Positions 45,759-54,929 of a DNA stretch of 64,000 nt are shown here, piece by piece; the first letter of the stretch is position 1; each line of letters starts with the position of its first letter. The DNA is from Chlamydiales bacterium (GTDB taxonomy: Bacteria > Chlamydiota > Chlamydiia > Chlamydiales > Simkaniaceae), in NCBI GenBank assembly GCA_024233395.1, contig JACKPR010000005.1:96028-160027 (forward strand), written 5' to 3'. The notes under the pieces are model-generated. The model ran no database searches. It was given only the letters and a program-made list of their open reading frames with translations, and was not told the origin of the DNA. The translations under genes and the position numbers were made by a program.

Positions 45759-48700
45759 ATGAAGATTCAATATTTATCGGTTCTTTTTTTAAGTGCTACA
45801 TCATATCTATTAAATGCTACACCTGTGAGTAATGAATCTGATCTGAATGCTGCCATTATTTCTGCAAATAGTTCAGGCACAGATATAGAATTTATGGGAA
45901 GTTTTGACTACTCTAATCTTCTTCAACCTCTCAATGCGAATAATGTGCTTCAATCAACGAATCAAACCTTTACCATTGAGGGAAATCACTACACATTAAC
46001 CTCAACATCTGGTCCACATAGAGGCTTTTTTGCAAGAGAAAGCACGGGAACTATCACCATCCAAAATCTTAAGATTGTCGGCGCAAGCGCTAAAGGGGGG
46101 AATGGAAACGCACGAGGAGGAGGAGGTTTAGGAGCTGGAGGTGGTCTTTATCTCAATTCTAATTCCAAAGTGATTCTCGACAATGTCTCATTTCAAAACT
46201 CCCAAGCAACCGGGGGATCAGCGCTAGATGGATCCAATGATGGCAACACAGGCGGCGGCGGCGGGGGTGGGATTGGAGGAGATGCAGGGACTGGAGGATA
46301 TTTCGTAAATGCCTATCAATTGATCAGCGGCGGTGGTGGCGGCGGTGGTGGATTTAGTGGAAATGGTGGAGATTCTAATGAAGCAAGCGGTGGTGCTGGT
46401 GGCGGCGGTTTTAATGGAAATGGAGGTACAACAGATAATAAAACTAGTGGGGGCGCTGGCGGTGGGGGCGGCGGTTTTAATGGAGGAAACTGTTTAAGCA
46501 CCAATAGTGGTGCAGGTGGTGCAGGAGATGGGGGTAATGGAGAAGATGGTATTACTGGAAGTGGAGGAAAGGGAGGAAAGGGTAGTGGAACAGGTTTGGG
46601 GGGAAATGGGGCTGCAATAACTTATGGAGGGGGAGGAAGCGGCGCTGTTTTTAATACATACGGAACAGATACACTTACAGGTGTAGGAGCATCTGGTGTT
46701 GGAGGAGGCGGCGGCGGGGGAATAGGCATAGGATACCATGGAGGAAATGGAGGAGATGGGTTTGGGGGCGGAGGATCTGGTGGTGCTGGAGCAAGCTCTA
46801 CCAATCCAAGTGGAAATGGTGGGAATGGTGGCTTTGGCAGCGGCGGCGGCGGTAGTGGTGGAAATACAGAAGCCGGAGGAGTAGGAAATGGAGGAAATGG
46901 TGGCTTTGGCGGCGGGGGCGGCGGTAGTGGTAAAACTGGTCAGTCTTCTACCACCATTTCAAAAGGGGGTGATGGAGGCTTCGGCGCCGGCGGCGGCGGC
47001 GGCGGCGCGAACAACAATATCAATACTAGCCCCGGTAGTATTGGAGGAAATGGTGGCTTTGGTGGCGGTGGAGGAAGCTGCGGCTTCGGTGGAACACCAG
47101 GAATGGGAGGCTTCGGTGGAGGAAATGGAACCACGTCAACCACTCAAGGTGGCGGTGGCGCTGCAATGGGCGCCGACATTTTTATTCAAGAGGGTGCAGA
47201 ACTAACAATTCGAACAGGAATCTCTTTTGATGGAAGTATATTAACAGGAGGATCTGGAGCCATCTTTGGACAAACACTAGGAACAAATATCTTCATGATG
47301 TCCAGTGGGAGTATCACTGTTGAAAACCTCTCAATCAATTCCTATGTTCCCAATCCTATTGAAAGTGAAGTGAGTACTGTGGGTGGGGGTGGACTCTTTC
47401 TCGGAACAGGGAATACCGCTTTATTCTCTATTAGTGGAGATAACACCTATACAGGTAGCACCATTATTAATAGTGGTGCGTTGAGGATTAATGGTTCTGT
47501 GATTACTCCTGTCACATTAAATGATGGAGCCCTTGTAGGAAAGGCTCATCTTTATACAAATGACGCTGTACCCAATGCTGGAGACTTAACCATGCATGGA
47601 GGATTTATTTTCCCTGGTGACTATGTCTTTGGTTCAATCAATGTTGGTAATAACCTTCTTTTCACAGGAGGAACGTTTGTCACTCAAGTTGATAGCATCG
47701 GTAATGCTCGGACAATTGAGGTGAGTGGAACAGCAACACTTGCGGGAACTTTGACAGTCCAAAAGGCAACAGGAAACTTCCTTACGGGACAAACGATCAC
47801 CCTTCTCGAAGCAAATGGAGGAGTCACAGGAAGTTTTGGAACTCAACACCTTCCACTTGGAGCTGATGGAGCTCCTCTTTTTACAGTCCAATATACAGGA
47901 AATAGTGCTGAACTTCTTGTCATTAGAGATCATGTTTTTGTTCATCCCCATATCGATCCAGGCAATCCTCGTCATGTTGCAAAGTATATCCAATCTCTAC
48001 TTCCAATCGATCCTAACTCTGATTTGGGACTAGTTATAAGATCTTTAGGAGTCCTCTCAAATAAAGAATTAAATAAAACCCTAAACATGATGCATCAAGG
48101 GGTTTTTGGCCTTTTTGAGTTTATGAACCTGACAACGAATGCACAAATCATGCAGATGTTCAACCAACAACGATTTCGATTACTTGCACCTGATACCCCT
48201 GAAACAATTAGTCAACTTGAGCCTAAGCTAACTGCATCAACTGATTTAAAAAGTCTTCTCTATGCTTATGATAACGACTCAAACCAAACTCCAGAACCCT
48301 TTTATCCCAATACTCCTGTTCGAAGAGGATGTGGAAGAAATCTCACTAGATCCCACCATTTCTACTTCCAACCGTTTGGGACTTGGAATAGTCAGAGTCA
48401 AAAAGGAGAGCTTCGAGGGGCTAATTATGAAAGTGCAGGGATTCTAACTGGATATGATTACCTTTTTGAAAACTTCTACCTTGGTGTTGGAGCTGGATAT
48501 GCTTACACAAACTTCCGGTGGGATGAGTCAGCAGGGAAAGGACACATCCATCAAGCCTATGGAGGCCTTCATGGAAGTTATTTCAATCGCTATTTCTCAA
48601 TGATTCTAGCTTCGATGGCAGGAAAAAATTATTACGATGCTGAGCGGAACATTACCTCATCAGCTCCAAATCATCCTAGAGGCGCTATTAATCGAACCGC

Positions 48701-49196
48701 ACATAGTAATAACTCGGGTATTCAGTGGACAAATCATTGGGGCTTAATTGGAGACTTTAGCCCTTTATCTATCCCCTTCCAGATCTTTGCTAATCTTGAT
48801 CACTTTTATCTACGTAATGGAAATTTTAATGAGTCAGGAGCTGGAAGTATCAATTTAAGAGTCAAAGCTAAAACATCAAATACCCTCCGCTCAGAGATAG
48901 GAATTAGTACAAACCATACTTTTAAAGTAGGCAATGGATGCTGGACTCCTTATGCACGACTCAGCTGGGTAAATAAATCCTTCTTGAGCAGTAGCTCCTA
49001 CCGAGGAGGTTTCCGTGGACAAATAGGAACGTTTTCAGCAAGTGCGACGAGCAAGGGAACCAATCAATGGGCTCCTGGTGCCGGAATAGAATTTTCAAAT
49101 ACCCACGGTTTTTCTCTTCTTTTAAATAGTCGCGCAGAAATCAATGGAAAAATGAAAAACTACTCTGCAGATATGCGCATGGAGTGTGCTTTTTAA
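45759..49196 (+). CDS. type Va autotransporter with a ~365-residue Gly-rich passenger segment
   Basis: Signal peptide and a Gly-rich low-complexity block (about residues 105-470). It also has an autotransporter-associated beta-strand repeat (GDNTYTGSTIINSGALRINGS) and a C-terminal beta-barrel ending ...MRMECAF. Confidence 0.8.
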   Translation: MKIQYLSVLFLSATSYLLNATPVSNESDLNAAIISANSSGTDIEFMGSFDYSNLLQPLNANNVLQSTNQTFTIEGNHYTLTSTSGPHRGFFARESTGTITIQNLKIVGASAKGGNGNARGGGGLGAGGGLYLNSNSKVILDNVSFQNSQATGGSALDGSNDGNTGGGGGGGIGGDAGTGGYFVNAYQLISGGGGGGGGFSGNGGDSNEASGGAGGGGFNGNGGTTDNKTSGGAGGGGGGFNGGNCLSTNSGAGGAGDGGNGEDGITGSGGKGGKGSGTGLGGNGAAITYGGGGSGAVFNTYGTDTLTGVGASGVGGGGGGGIGIGYHGGNGGDGFGGGGSGGAGASSTNPSGNGGNGGFGSGGGGSGGNTEAGGVGNGGNGGFGGGGGGSGKTGQSSTTISKGGDGGFGAGGGGGGANNNINTSPGSIGGNGGFGGGGGSCGFGGTPGMGGFGGGNGTTSTTQGGGGAAMGADIFIQEGAELTIRTGISFDGSILTGGSGAIFGQTLGTNIFMMSSGSITVENLSINSYVPNPIESEVSTVGGGGLFLGTGNTALFSISGDNTYTGSTIINSGALRINGSVITPVTLNDGALVGKAHLYTNDAVPNAGDLTMHGGFIFPGDYVFGSINVGNNLLFTGGTFVTQVDSIGNARTIEVSGTATLAGTLTVQKATGNFLTGQTITLLEANGGVTGSFGTQHLPLGADGAPLFTVQYTGNSAELLVIRDHVFVHPHIDPGNPRHVAKYIQSLLPIDPNSDLGLVIRSLGVLSNKELNKTLNMMHQGVFGLFEFMNLTTNAQIMQMFNQQRFRLLAPDTPETISQLEPKLTASTDLKSLLYAYDNDSNQTPEPFYPNTPVRRGCGRNLTRSHHFYFQPFGTWNSQSQKGELRGANYESAGILTGYDYLFENFYLGVGAGYAYTNFRWDESAGKGHIHQAYGGLHGSYFNRYFSMILASMAGKNYYDAERNITSSAPNHPRGAINRTAHSNNSGIQWTNHWGLIGDFSPLSIPFQIFANLDHFYLRNGNFNESGAGSINLRVKAKTSNTLRSEIGISTNHTFKVGNGCWTPYARLSWVNKSFLSSSSYRGGFRGQIGTFSASATSKGTNQWAPGAGIEFSNTHGFSLLLNSRAEINGKMKNYSADMRMECAF
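46989..47006 (+). repeat. (GGC)6 trinucleotide repeat within the autotransporter gene
   Basis: ggc ggc ggc ggc ggc ggc encodes the G-run in ...FGAGGGGGGANNN.... Confidence 0.7.
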
Positions 49197-49199
49197 AGC

Positions 49200-50348
49200 T
49201 TAAAGGGTTTCGAAATGATCAAATAATGCGCTGATTGTTTCATAGTAGGCTTCTGCAACATCGATCACACGCTCAGGACACGAGAGTCCTTCAATCATTG
49301 TCTGATTTTGACTGAGCTCAAGCGCTTCTTGAAGATTATTTTGAATCAAAGTTTCCCCATAGCAAAGGGGTCCTTTAACAAGACGGGTTAAACAAAGATT
49401 ACGACAAAATACACCGTCTGATGAAATTAAGCTGTTCCCAAAGCCACAGACCTCTCTTTTCGTTGTTTTGAGTGGCGGAACTTGTAAATGGGTAGTAAAA
49501 CGGCTAACAAGATCTTGGGCAATAGCATGAGAATTTTCTAGATCCTGGGTACAAATCAACCGGAGAAAATGGTACCGATCCTCTGGAGTTGCAAGTTCAC
49601 CGCTACAAAAGGCTCCAGGGATAAAGACAAGGTTAAAGTTACGGTCTGTTTCTTTTGTTTGGGTAGAATCTGGCAATTCAGAATCGATCGCATTGTAATG
49701 AATAAAAAGGGTAAGATCGGGATTAAACGCATTGATAAGCTCTGCGCGTGCGCGAAGGTCTAACCGATTATAATGGCGGAGAAAAATAGTGGAAAGAGGA
49801 ACCCCTTTTTCCCAAAGTTCCGGATGATTTTTTAGCCAATCGAAAAAGTTTTCAGGATAAACTCCTTCTCCAATTCCCTTTCGAGTGATGAGAACGGTTG
49901 TCCCTTTTTCCTCTAACTTTTTTTTGAGATGAAGGGCTGTCAAAAATGCAAGAGATCCCTCATCAAAGGATAGGGTTTTTCCCTCATGTTCCATCTCAAC
50001 ATACCGCTCTTCAAGTCTGGCAAACTCTCCTCCAAAATGTCCAGGATCAATCGCAATTCTAGCCTGACTTAATGGACGGGTAAACCGAGGAGGCTTGGGA
50101 ACTTCCATGCCAAAGTAAAGACGATACTCCTCACTTCCTTTACCCTTATCTTCATAAGAAGCATACAAGACGAGCGCTTCATCTGTAAGCTCATAGTAGT
50201 TTTCAATTTCTTTCGAATACTGAAGGAAATGGGTAATTTTTCTCGTCACATACTCTTTTGAAAGCTGATGTTGATAACGATCGAATTCTGAAAAACTCTC
50301 GCAAAAACATGGGGCGATTAAAAAAAGGAAAAAAAGAAAACACTTCAT
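49200..50348 (-). CDS. secreted Amidase_3-like (N-acetylmuramoyl-L-alanine amidase-like) protein
   Basis: Signal peptide. IAIDPGHFGG, EGSLAFLTALHLKKKLEEKGTTVLITRK, LRARAELINAFNPDLTLFIHYNA resembles the AmiA/AmiC catalytic domain pattern. The assignment is tentative. Confidence 0.55.
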   Translation of the reverse strand: MKCFLFFLFLIAPCFCESFSEFDRYQHQLSKEYVTRKITHFLQYSKEIENYYELTDEALVLYASYEDKGKGSEEYRLYFGMEVPKPPRFTRPLSQARIAIDPGHFGGEFARLEERYVEMEHEGKTLSFDEGSLAFLTALHLKKKLEEKGTTVLITRKGIGEGVYPENFFDWLKNHPELWEKGVPLSTIFLRHYNRLDLRARAELINAFNPDLTLFIHYNAIDSELPDSTQTKETDRNFNLVFIPGAFCSGELATPEDRYHFLRLICTQDLENSHAIAQDLVSRFTTHLQVPPLKTTKREVCGFGNSLISSDGVFCRNLCLTRLVKGPLCYGETLIQNNLQEALELSQNQTMIEGLSCPERVIDVAEAYYETISALFDHFETL

Positions 50349-50393
50349 TGCAATACACCTCGATTTCGCATGAGTGTATATCTAAAGTGAAAT

Positions 50394-50990
50394 TTATTTC
50401 CTCTTAGAATTTTCTTTTGAAGCTTGTTGAACTGCAAAATTTAGTTTTAAGACATTTATCCTTTCTCTTCCAAAAATTCCCAATGTCTTTTTTTCCGTAA
50501 ATTGTTCGATCAAATCAAAGACTGTTTGAAGCGGAAGGTTTTGAGCTTCAGCAACCCTTGAAGCTTGTATCCTTGCATTTTTTATTGAAATATGGGGATC
50601 CAATCCACTTCCTGAAGAAGTAACAGCATCTGCGGGAATCAAAGTCTGGGTATCTATTCCATTGATTTTTCGATAAGCATTCACATTTTTTTCTAAGTTC
50701 TCATGTAGCTTGTTTGAAGTTGGTCCTAAATTACTCCCTGCGGATTTGATTCCATCATAATCACAGGCTGAAGGGCGAGAATGAAAATAACCAACATCTT
50801 GAAAGTTTTGGCCAATAAGCTCAGAACCAATCACTCTATCTCCTTTATAAATAAGACTTCCTTTGGCTTTATTTGGAGTGATCACTTTTGCGATTCCAAA
50901 ACTAATCGAAGGATAAATCCCCCCCAACAGTATCCCAAGAAGGATGAAAAGAAAAAATGCTGTCGAAATTGTTTGAACGATTTTTTTCAT
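50394..50990 (-). CDS. kdpC: potassium-transporting ATPase subunit C
   Basis: N-terminal TM segment, then GSLI, GSELIGQNF, YFHSRPSA, SGSNLGP and ASGSGLDPHIS-type motifs. Confidence 0.9.
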   Translation of the reverse strand: MKKIVQTISTAFFLFILLGILLGGIYPSISFGIAKVITPNKAKGSLIYKGDRVIGSELIGQNFQDVGYFHSRPSACDYDGIKSAGSNLGPTSNKLHENLEKNVNAYRKINGIDTQTLIPADAVTSSGSGLDPHISIKNARIQASRVAEAQNLPLQTVFDLIEQFTEKKTLGIFGRERINVLKLNFAVQQASKENSKRK

Positions 50991-50994
50991 GGTT

Positions 50995-52992
50995 TTAAAA
51001 AATTCTAAAAAAGTTAAGGATTAAGTCGATGAATTTTATTCCAATAAAAGGAACAAGAATTCCTCCCAATCCGTAAAGTGCTAGATTTCTTCTAAGTGTT
51101 TTTGATGCGCTTTGAGGAGTCACCTTTACTCCTTTGAATGCTAAGGGAATCAAAAGAATAATAATGATAGCATTGAATATGACAGCACTTAAAATCGCAC
51201 TTTGTGGACTTGATAAATGCATGACATTCAAAGGAGCAATAAAAGGGAAAAAGGGTATTAATATTGCAGGAATAATGGCAAAATACTTGGCAACGTCATT
51301 TGCAATACTGAATGTTGTCAAAGCACCGCGCGTCATTAACATTTGTTTTCCAATTTCAATAATTTCAAAAAGTTTTGTTGGATGAGAATCTAAATCAATC
51401 ATATTTCCAGCTTCTTTTGCTGCTTGAGAGCCTGCGTTCATCGCAACACCAACATCGGCTTGAGCTAGGGCGGGGGCATCATTCACCCCATCTCCTGTCA
51501 TTGCAACCATTGTCCCTTCTTTTTGCAATTCTTTGACATACCGGAGTTTTTCTTCAGGAGAAACCTCTGCGATAAAATCATCGACGCCAACCTCTTTTGC
51601 AATCGTTGCTGCAGTCACCTTGTTGTCACCCGTCATCATAATTGTTTTCAAACCCATCATCCGGAATCGGTGAAATTGCTCTGCAAGTCCTGGTTTTATC
51701 GTATCTTTGAGGAAAATAATCCCAAGAACTTTTTCTTTGGAAGCAAGCACAAGAGGAGTCCCTCCTTCATTAGAAATTTTGTTCAAGGAATCTCTCATTT
51801 TAGAACTCAAAGGCTTTCCTAAATATTTTTCTATCGCATCCTTTGCTCCTTTTCGAAAAGATCCTGTCGCAAAATCGACACCACTCATCCGTTCATCGGC
51901 GCTAAAGGGAATAAAAGTTAAGGAAGGTTCTTCTACTTTTGTTACTGAAGGGTACTCTTTTTCAATGAGTTCTATAATACTCCGCCCTTCTGTAGTTTCG
52001 TCCTGCAAGGAGGAAAGAAAACAAGCCCTTACCATCTCTTCTTCTGAAATCTCATCATCGGGGATCAATGAATGTGCGCGGCGATTTCCATAGGTAATTG
52101 TTCCGGTTTTATCGAGTAAAACAACATCGATATCTCCTGCAGCTTCCACAGCTTGCCCACTCATTGAGAGAACATTCCTCCGTGTCAGACGATTAATCCC
52201 CGCAATTCCTATTGCACTCAACAATCCTGCAATCGTTGTCGGAATTAAGCAAACAAGAAAGGCAATAAGAACAGTAAAAGAGAGTTTGAGATCTAAATAC
52301 AGCGTAAAAATCTTCATTGCTGCCAGGACAAGGATAAAAATAAAAGTTAAGGCGGATAATAGGATCGTTAAGGCGATTTCGTTGGGTGTTTTTTTCCTTT
52401 TCGCACTCTCAATCAATTCAATCATCTGATCAAGAAATGTTTCTCCAGGATTGGAAGTGATGCGGACTTTAATTTGATCGGATAAGACTTGCGTTCCTCC
52501 ACTGACAGTATTTTGATCTGTTCCTGAAGCTCGAATGACAGGTTCTGATTCTCCAGTAATCGCTGACTCATCGATTGAGGCTGCCCCCTCAATAATTTCA
52601 CCGTCAGCAGGAACTGTTTCTCCAGCTCTGACTAAGACAATATCCCCTTTAGCAAGAGATTCCCAATCAACAACTTGAATCTCATCATTGGAACCAAGTT
52701 TATTTGCAGTGGTTTTGACACGCGTTTTCCGAAGCGACTCCGCTTGAGATTTATTCCGACTTTCCGCAATCGCCTCAGAAAAATTTGCAAATAAAACCGT
52801 TGCCCAAAGCCAAATAGCAACCCAACAAGTAAACCGAAAGAGATCTTGGCCAATGAAAAAAAGTTCAATTGTTGCAAGAATTGCTCCAATTTCCGTTATG
52901 AAAATGACAGGGTTTTTTATGAGTCGATGAGGACTTAGTTTTATCAAGGTTTCTTTAAAAGTTTCACTTAAACTAATGGAGGGATGAGTCAT
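50995..52992 (-). CDS. kdpB: potassium-transporting ATPase subunit B (P-type ATPase)
   Basis: DKTGTITYGNR, MMTGDN and MTGDGVNDAPALAQADVG, with KdpB-type topology. Confidence 0.95.
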   Translation of the reverse strand: MTHPSISLSETFKETLIKLSPHRLIKNPVIFITEIGAILATIELFFIGQDLFRFTCWVAIWLWATVLFANFSEAIAESRNKSQAESLRKTRVKTTANKLGSNDEIQVVDWESLAKGDIVLVRAGETVPADGEIIEGAASIDESAITGESEPVIRASGTDQNTVSGGTQVLSDQIKVRITSNPGETFLDQMIELIESAKRKKTPNEIALTILLSALTFIFILVLAAMKIFTLYLDLKLSFTVLIAFLVCLIPTTIAGLLSAIGIAGINRLTRRNVLSMSGQAVEAAGDIDVVLLDKTGTITYGNRRAHSLIPDDEISEEEMVRACFLSSLQDETTEGRSIIELIEKEYPSVTKVEEPSLTFIPFSADERMSGVDFATGSFRKGAKDAIEKYLGKPLSSKMRDSLNKISNEGGTPLVLASKEKVLGIIFLKDTIKPGLAEQFHRFRMMGLKTIMMTGDNKVTAATIAKEVGVDDFIAEVSPEEKLRYVKELQKEGTMVAMTGDGVNDAPALAQADVGVAMNAGSQAAKEAGNMIDLDSHPTKLFEIIEIGKQMLMTRGALTTFSIANDVAKYFAIIPAILIPFFPFIAPLNVMHLSSPQSAILSAVIFNAIIIILLIPLAFKGVKVTPQSASKTLRRNLALYGLGGILVPFIGIKFIDLILNFFRIF

Positions 52993-52993
52993 A

Positions 52994-54712
52994 TTAAAAA
53001 AAGACTCCTTTCAACATAAAAAACTCTTCTAAAATCGGGCCCATTACCAATGAGGGAATAAAGGTTAATGCTCCAAGAAGAATAATCACCCCAATAAGTA
53101 GAAATGTGAACATTGGGCCTGAAATAGGAAAAGATCCTGCACTATGAGGGTGTTTCTTTTTTCTCAAAAAGGATCCTCCAAGAGCAATAATTAACGATAA
53201 TATTAAAAAGCGCCCAATGAGCATTGCAAAACCTAACGCGAGATTATAGGGAATAGTATTTGCAGATAGCCCTCCAAAAGCACTTCCATTATTTCCAGTT
53301 GCAGAACTGAAAGCATAGAGAATTTCACTCAACCCATGAGGTCCCTGATTCCCTAAACTTGAAACTCCCCATTGGCTTACCGAGGCCCATGCACTGAATC
53401 CAATAATCGAAAGAAAAAATGCTAAAAGAGCCAAAACTGCTAATTTTATATCATGTCCTTCGATCTTTTTTTCAAGGTATTCTGGAGTACGACCCGTAAT
53501 CAATCCCGCAATGAAAATTGCCAGAATTATAAAAAGAACAATGCTATAGAGTCCTGAACCGATTCCACCAAAGATAATCTCTCCAAGTTGCATATTCAAT
53601 AAAAGAACCATTCCACCAATTGGTGTATAGGAATCATGCATGGAGTTTACCGCACCATTTGCAACACTGGTTGTTGTAACTCCATATAAGGTCGATTCAA
53701 AGGTTGTAAAACGACTTTCTTTTCCCTCAATGTTGCCTACAGTATTTTCGATTCCTAATCTTTCATAGAGGGGATTCCCCTCCAATTCAAAGTACGTACA
53801 AACAAATAAAGCTCCAAGAAAAACAACCAACATTGCTACAAAAACCGACCACCCATGTTTTTGGTTTTTGACCATCCGTCCTAAGTAATAGGTCTGAGCA
53901 GCTGGAATTAAGATGATCGATAAAATTTGGAAAAAATTGCTGATTGGCGTGGGGTTCTCATAAGGATGACAAGAGTTAACTCCAGTATACCCTCCTCCAT
54001 TTGATCCTATCAGCTTTATTGACTCTTGAGAAGCTATGGGCCCTTGGACTATTCTCTGCATTTTTTGGGAAAGCGAAAGCGTTTCACACTGGGTATAAGT
54101 ATCAAAATTCTCTGGCACTCCTTGAATGAGGTAGAAAACTGTAAATATTAATGCAAGGGGAAGGAAAACATAATAACTTAAACGGACCAAATCAACCCAA
54201 AAGTTCCCTAAACCCTCTTGCTTGTTTCCAACAATCCCTCGAATAAGAGCTGCAACAGCACACATCCCAACTGCTGGTGAAACAAAACATTGCAATGTTA
54301 AAACAACCATTTGTGAGAAATAAGACATCGTTGTTTCACCCGAATAACTTTGCCAATCTGTATTTGTCATAAAACTAACAGCCGTATTGAAACTCAAATC
54401 CCACGAAAGGTTTGATAGATTTTCAGGATTCAAAGGAAGAAATTGCTGAATCATCAATAAGACAAATGTCAGGATTAAACAAACAAAACTAAAGGCAAGG
54501 AGAGCCCCTAGATACTCTTTCCATGAGTGCGTTTTCTCAAAAGAAATTCCACAAAGACGATAAGTTAGCCTTTCTAAAGGAGAAAAAATAAAACCTAAGT
54601 AAGTTTTTGGTTTTCGTTCCAGTACTCGATAAAGATAAATCCCTAAAACCTTTGTCAAAATGAGGAGTAAAATAAGAAATATGCCCAGCTCAAACCAATC
54701 AGAATTTTCCAT
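52994..54712 (-). CDS. kdpA: potassium-transporting ATPase subunit A
   Basis: A 572-aa polytopic protein with KdpA selectivity-filter-like repeats (NTDWQSYSGE, GSNGGGY, NNGSAFGG). Confidence 0.95.
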   Translation of the reverse strand: MENSDWFELGIFLILLLILTKVLGIYLYRVLERKPKTYLGFIFSPLERLTYRLCGISFEKTHSWKEYLGALLAFSFVCLILTFVLLMIQQFLPLNPENLSNLSWDLSFNTAVSFMTNTDWQSYSGETTMSYFSQMVVLTLQCFVSPAVGMCAVAALIRGIVGNKQEGLGNFWVDLVRLSYYVFLPLALIFTVFYLIQGVPENFDTYTQCETLSLSQKMQRIVQGPIASQESIKLIGSNGGGYTGVNSCHPYENPTPISNFFQILSIILIPAAQTYYLGRMVKNQKHGWSVFVAMLVVFLGALFVCTYFELEGNPLYERLGIENTVGNIEGKESRFTTFESTLYGVTTTSVANGAVNSMHDSYTPIGGMVLLLNMQLGEIIFGGIGSGLYSIVLFIILAIFIAGLITGRTPEYLEKKIEGHDIKLAVLALLAFFLSIIGFSAWASVSQWGVSSLGNQGPHGLSEILYAFSSATGNNGSAFGGLSANTIPYNLALGFAMLIGRFLILSLIIALGGSFLRKKKHPHSAGSFPISGPMFTFLLIGVIILLGALTFIPSLVMGPILEEFFMLKGVFF

Positions 54713-54795
54713 CAGAATTTTTCAGGCCAAATAATTGTGATAAATAAATAAACAAGAACACAAAAAGTAACAATTCCTAATATAAGATATAACAT
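54712..54795 (-). CDS. kdpF: potassium-transporting ATPase subunit F (27 aa, absent from the ORF track)
   Basis: The minus strand ATG at 54795 encodes MLYLILGIVTFCVLVYLFITIIWPEKF*, a single TM peptide with the typical KdpF ending (PE.F). Its TGA stop overlaps the kdpA ATG by 1 nt. Confidence 0.7.
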   Translation of the reverse strand: MLYLILGIVTFCVLVYLFITIIWPEKF

Positions 54796-54859
54796 AAACT
54801 TCTTAGATAAAAGAAAAGATCTAAAGTTGTCAAGATTGAAAATTTGGGAATTTGTGAAG

Positions 54860-54890
54860 AATTTTGAAGACAAGTCGACGCAGACAAAAA
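54860..54890. repeat. 31-bp repeat, left copy of an inverted pair (partner at 58290..58320)
   Basis: The reverse complement of aattttgaagacaagtcgacgcagacaaaaa is tttttgtctgcgtcgacttgtcttcaaaatt. This matches 58290..58320 at 29/31 positions. Confidence 0.75.
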
Positions 54891-54929
54891 GTGTGGAATA
54901 ATAATAACATCTTTACTACAAACCAGTTC

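Noticed and set aside
46316-47143. Several Pro-rich ORFs on the minus strand (46316..46504, 46494..46739, 46622..46804, 46940..47143) and a plus-strand alternative-frame ORF (46888..47205).
   Set aside because: They are mirror or alternative-frame artefacts of the GGN-rich coding repeats of the autotransporter gene. They have no independent start context.
50349-50393. ATACAC...GTGTAT short palindromes here and at about 58343-58358.
   Set aside because: The arms are only 6 bp with different spacers, so chance occurrence is likely.
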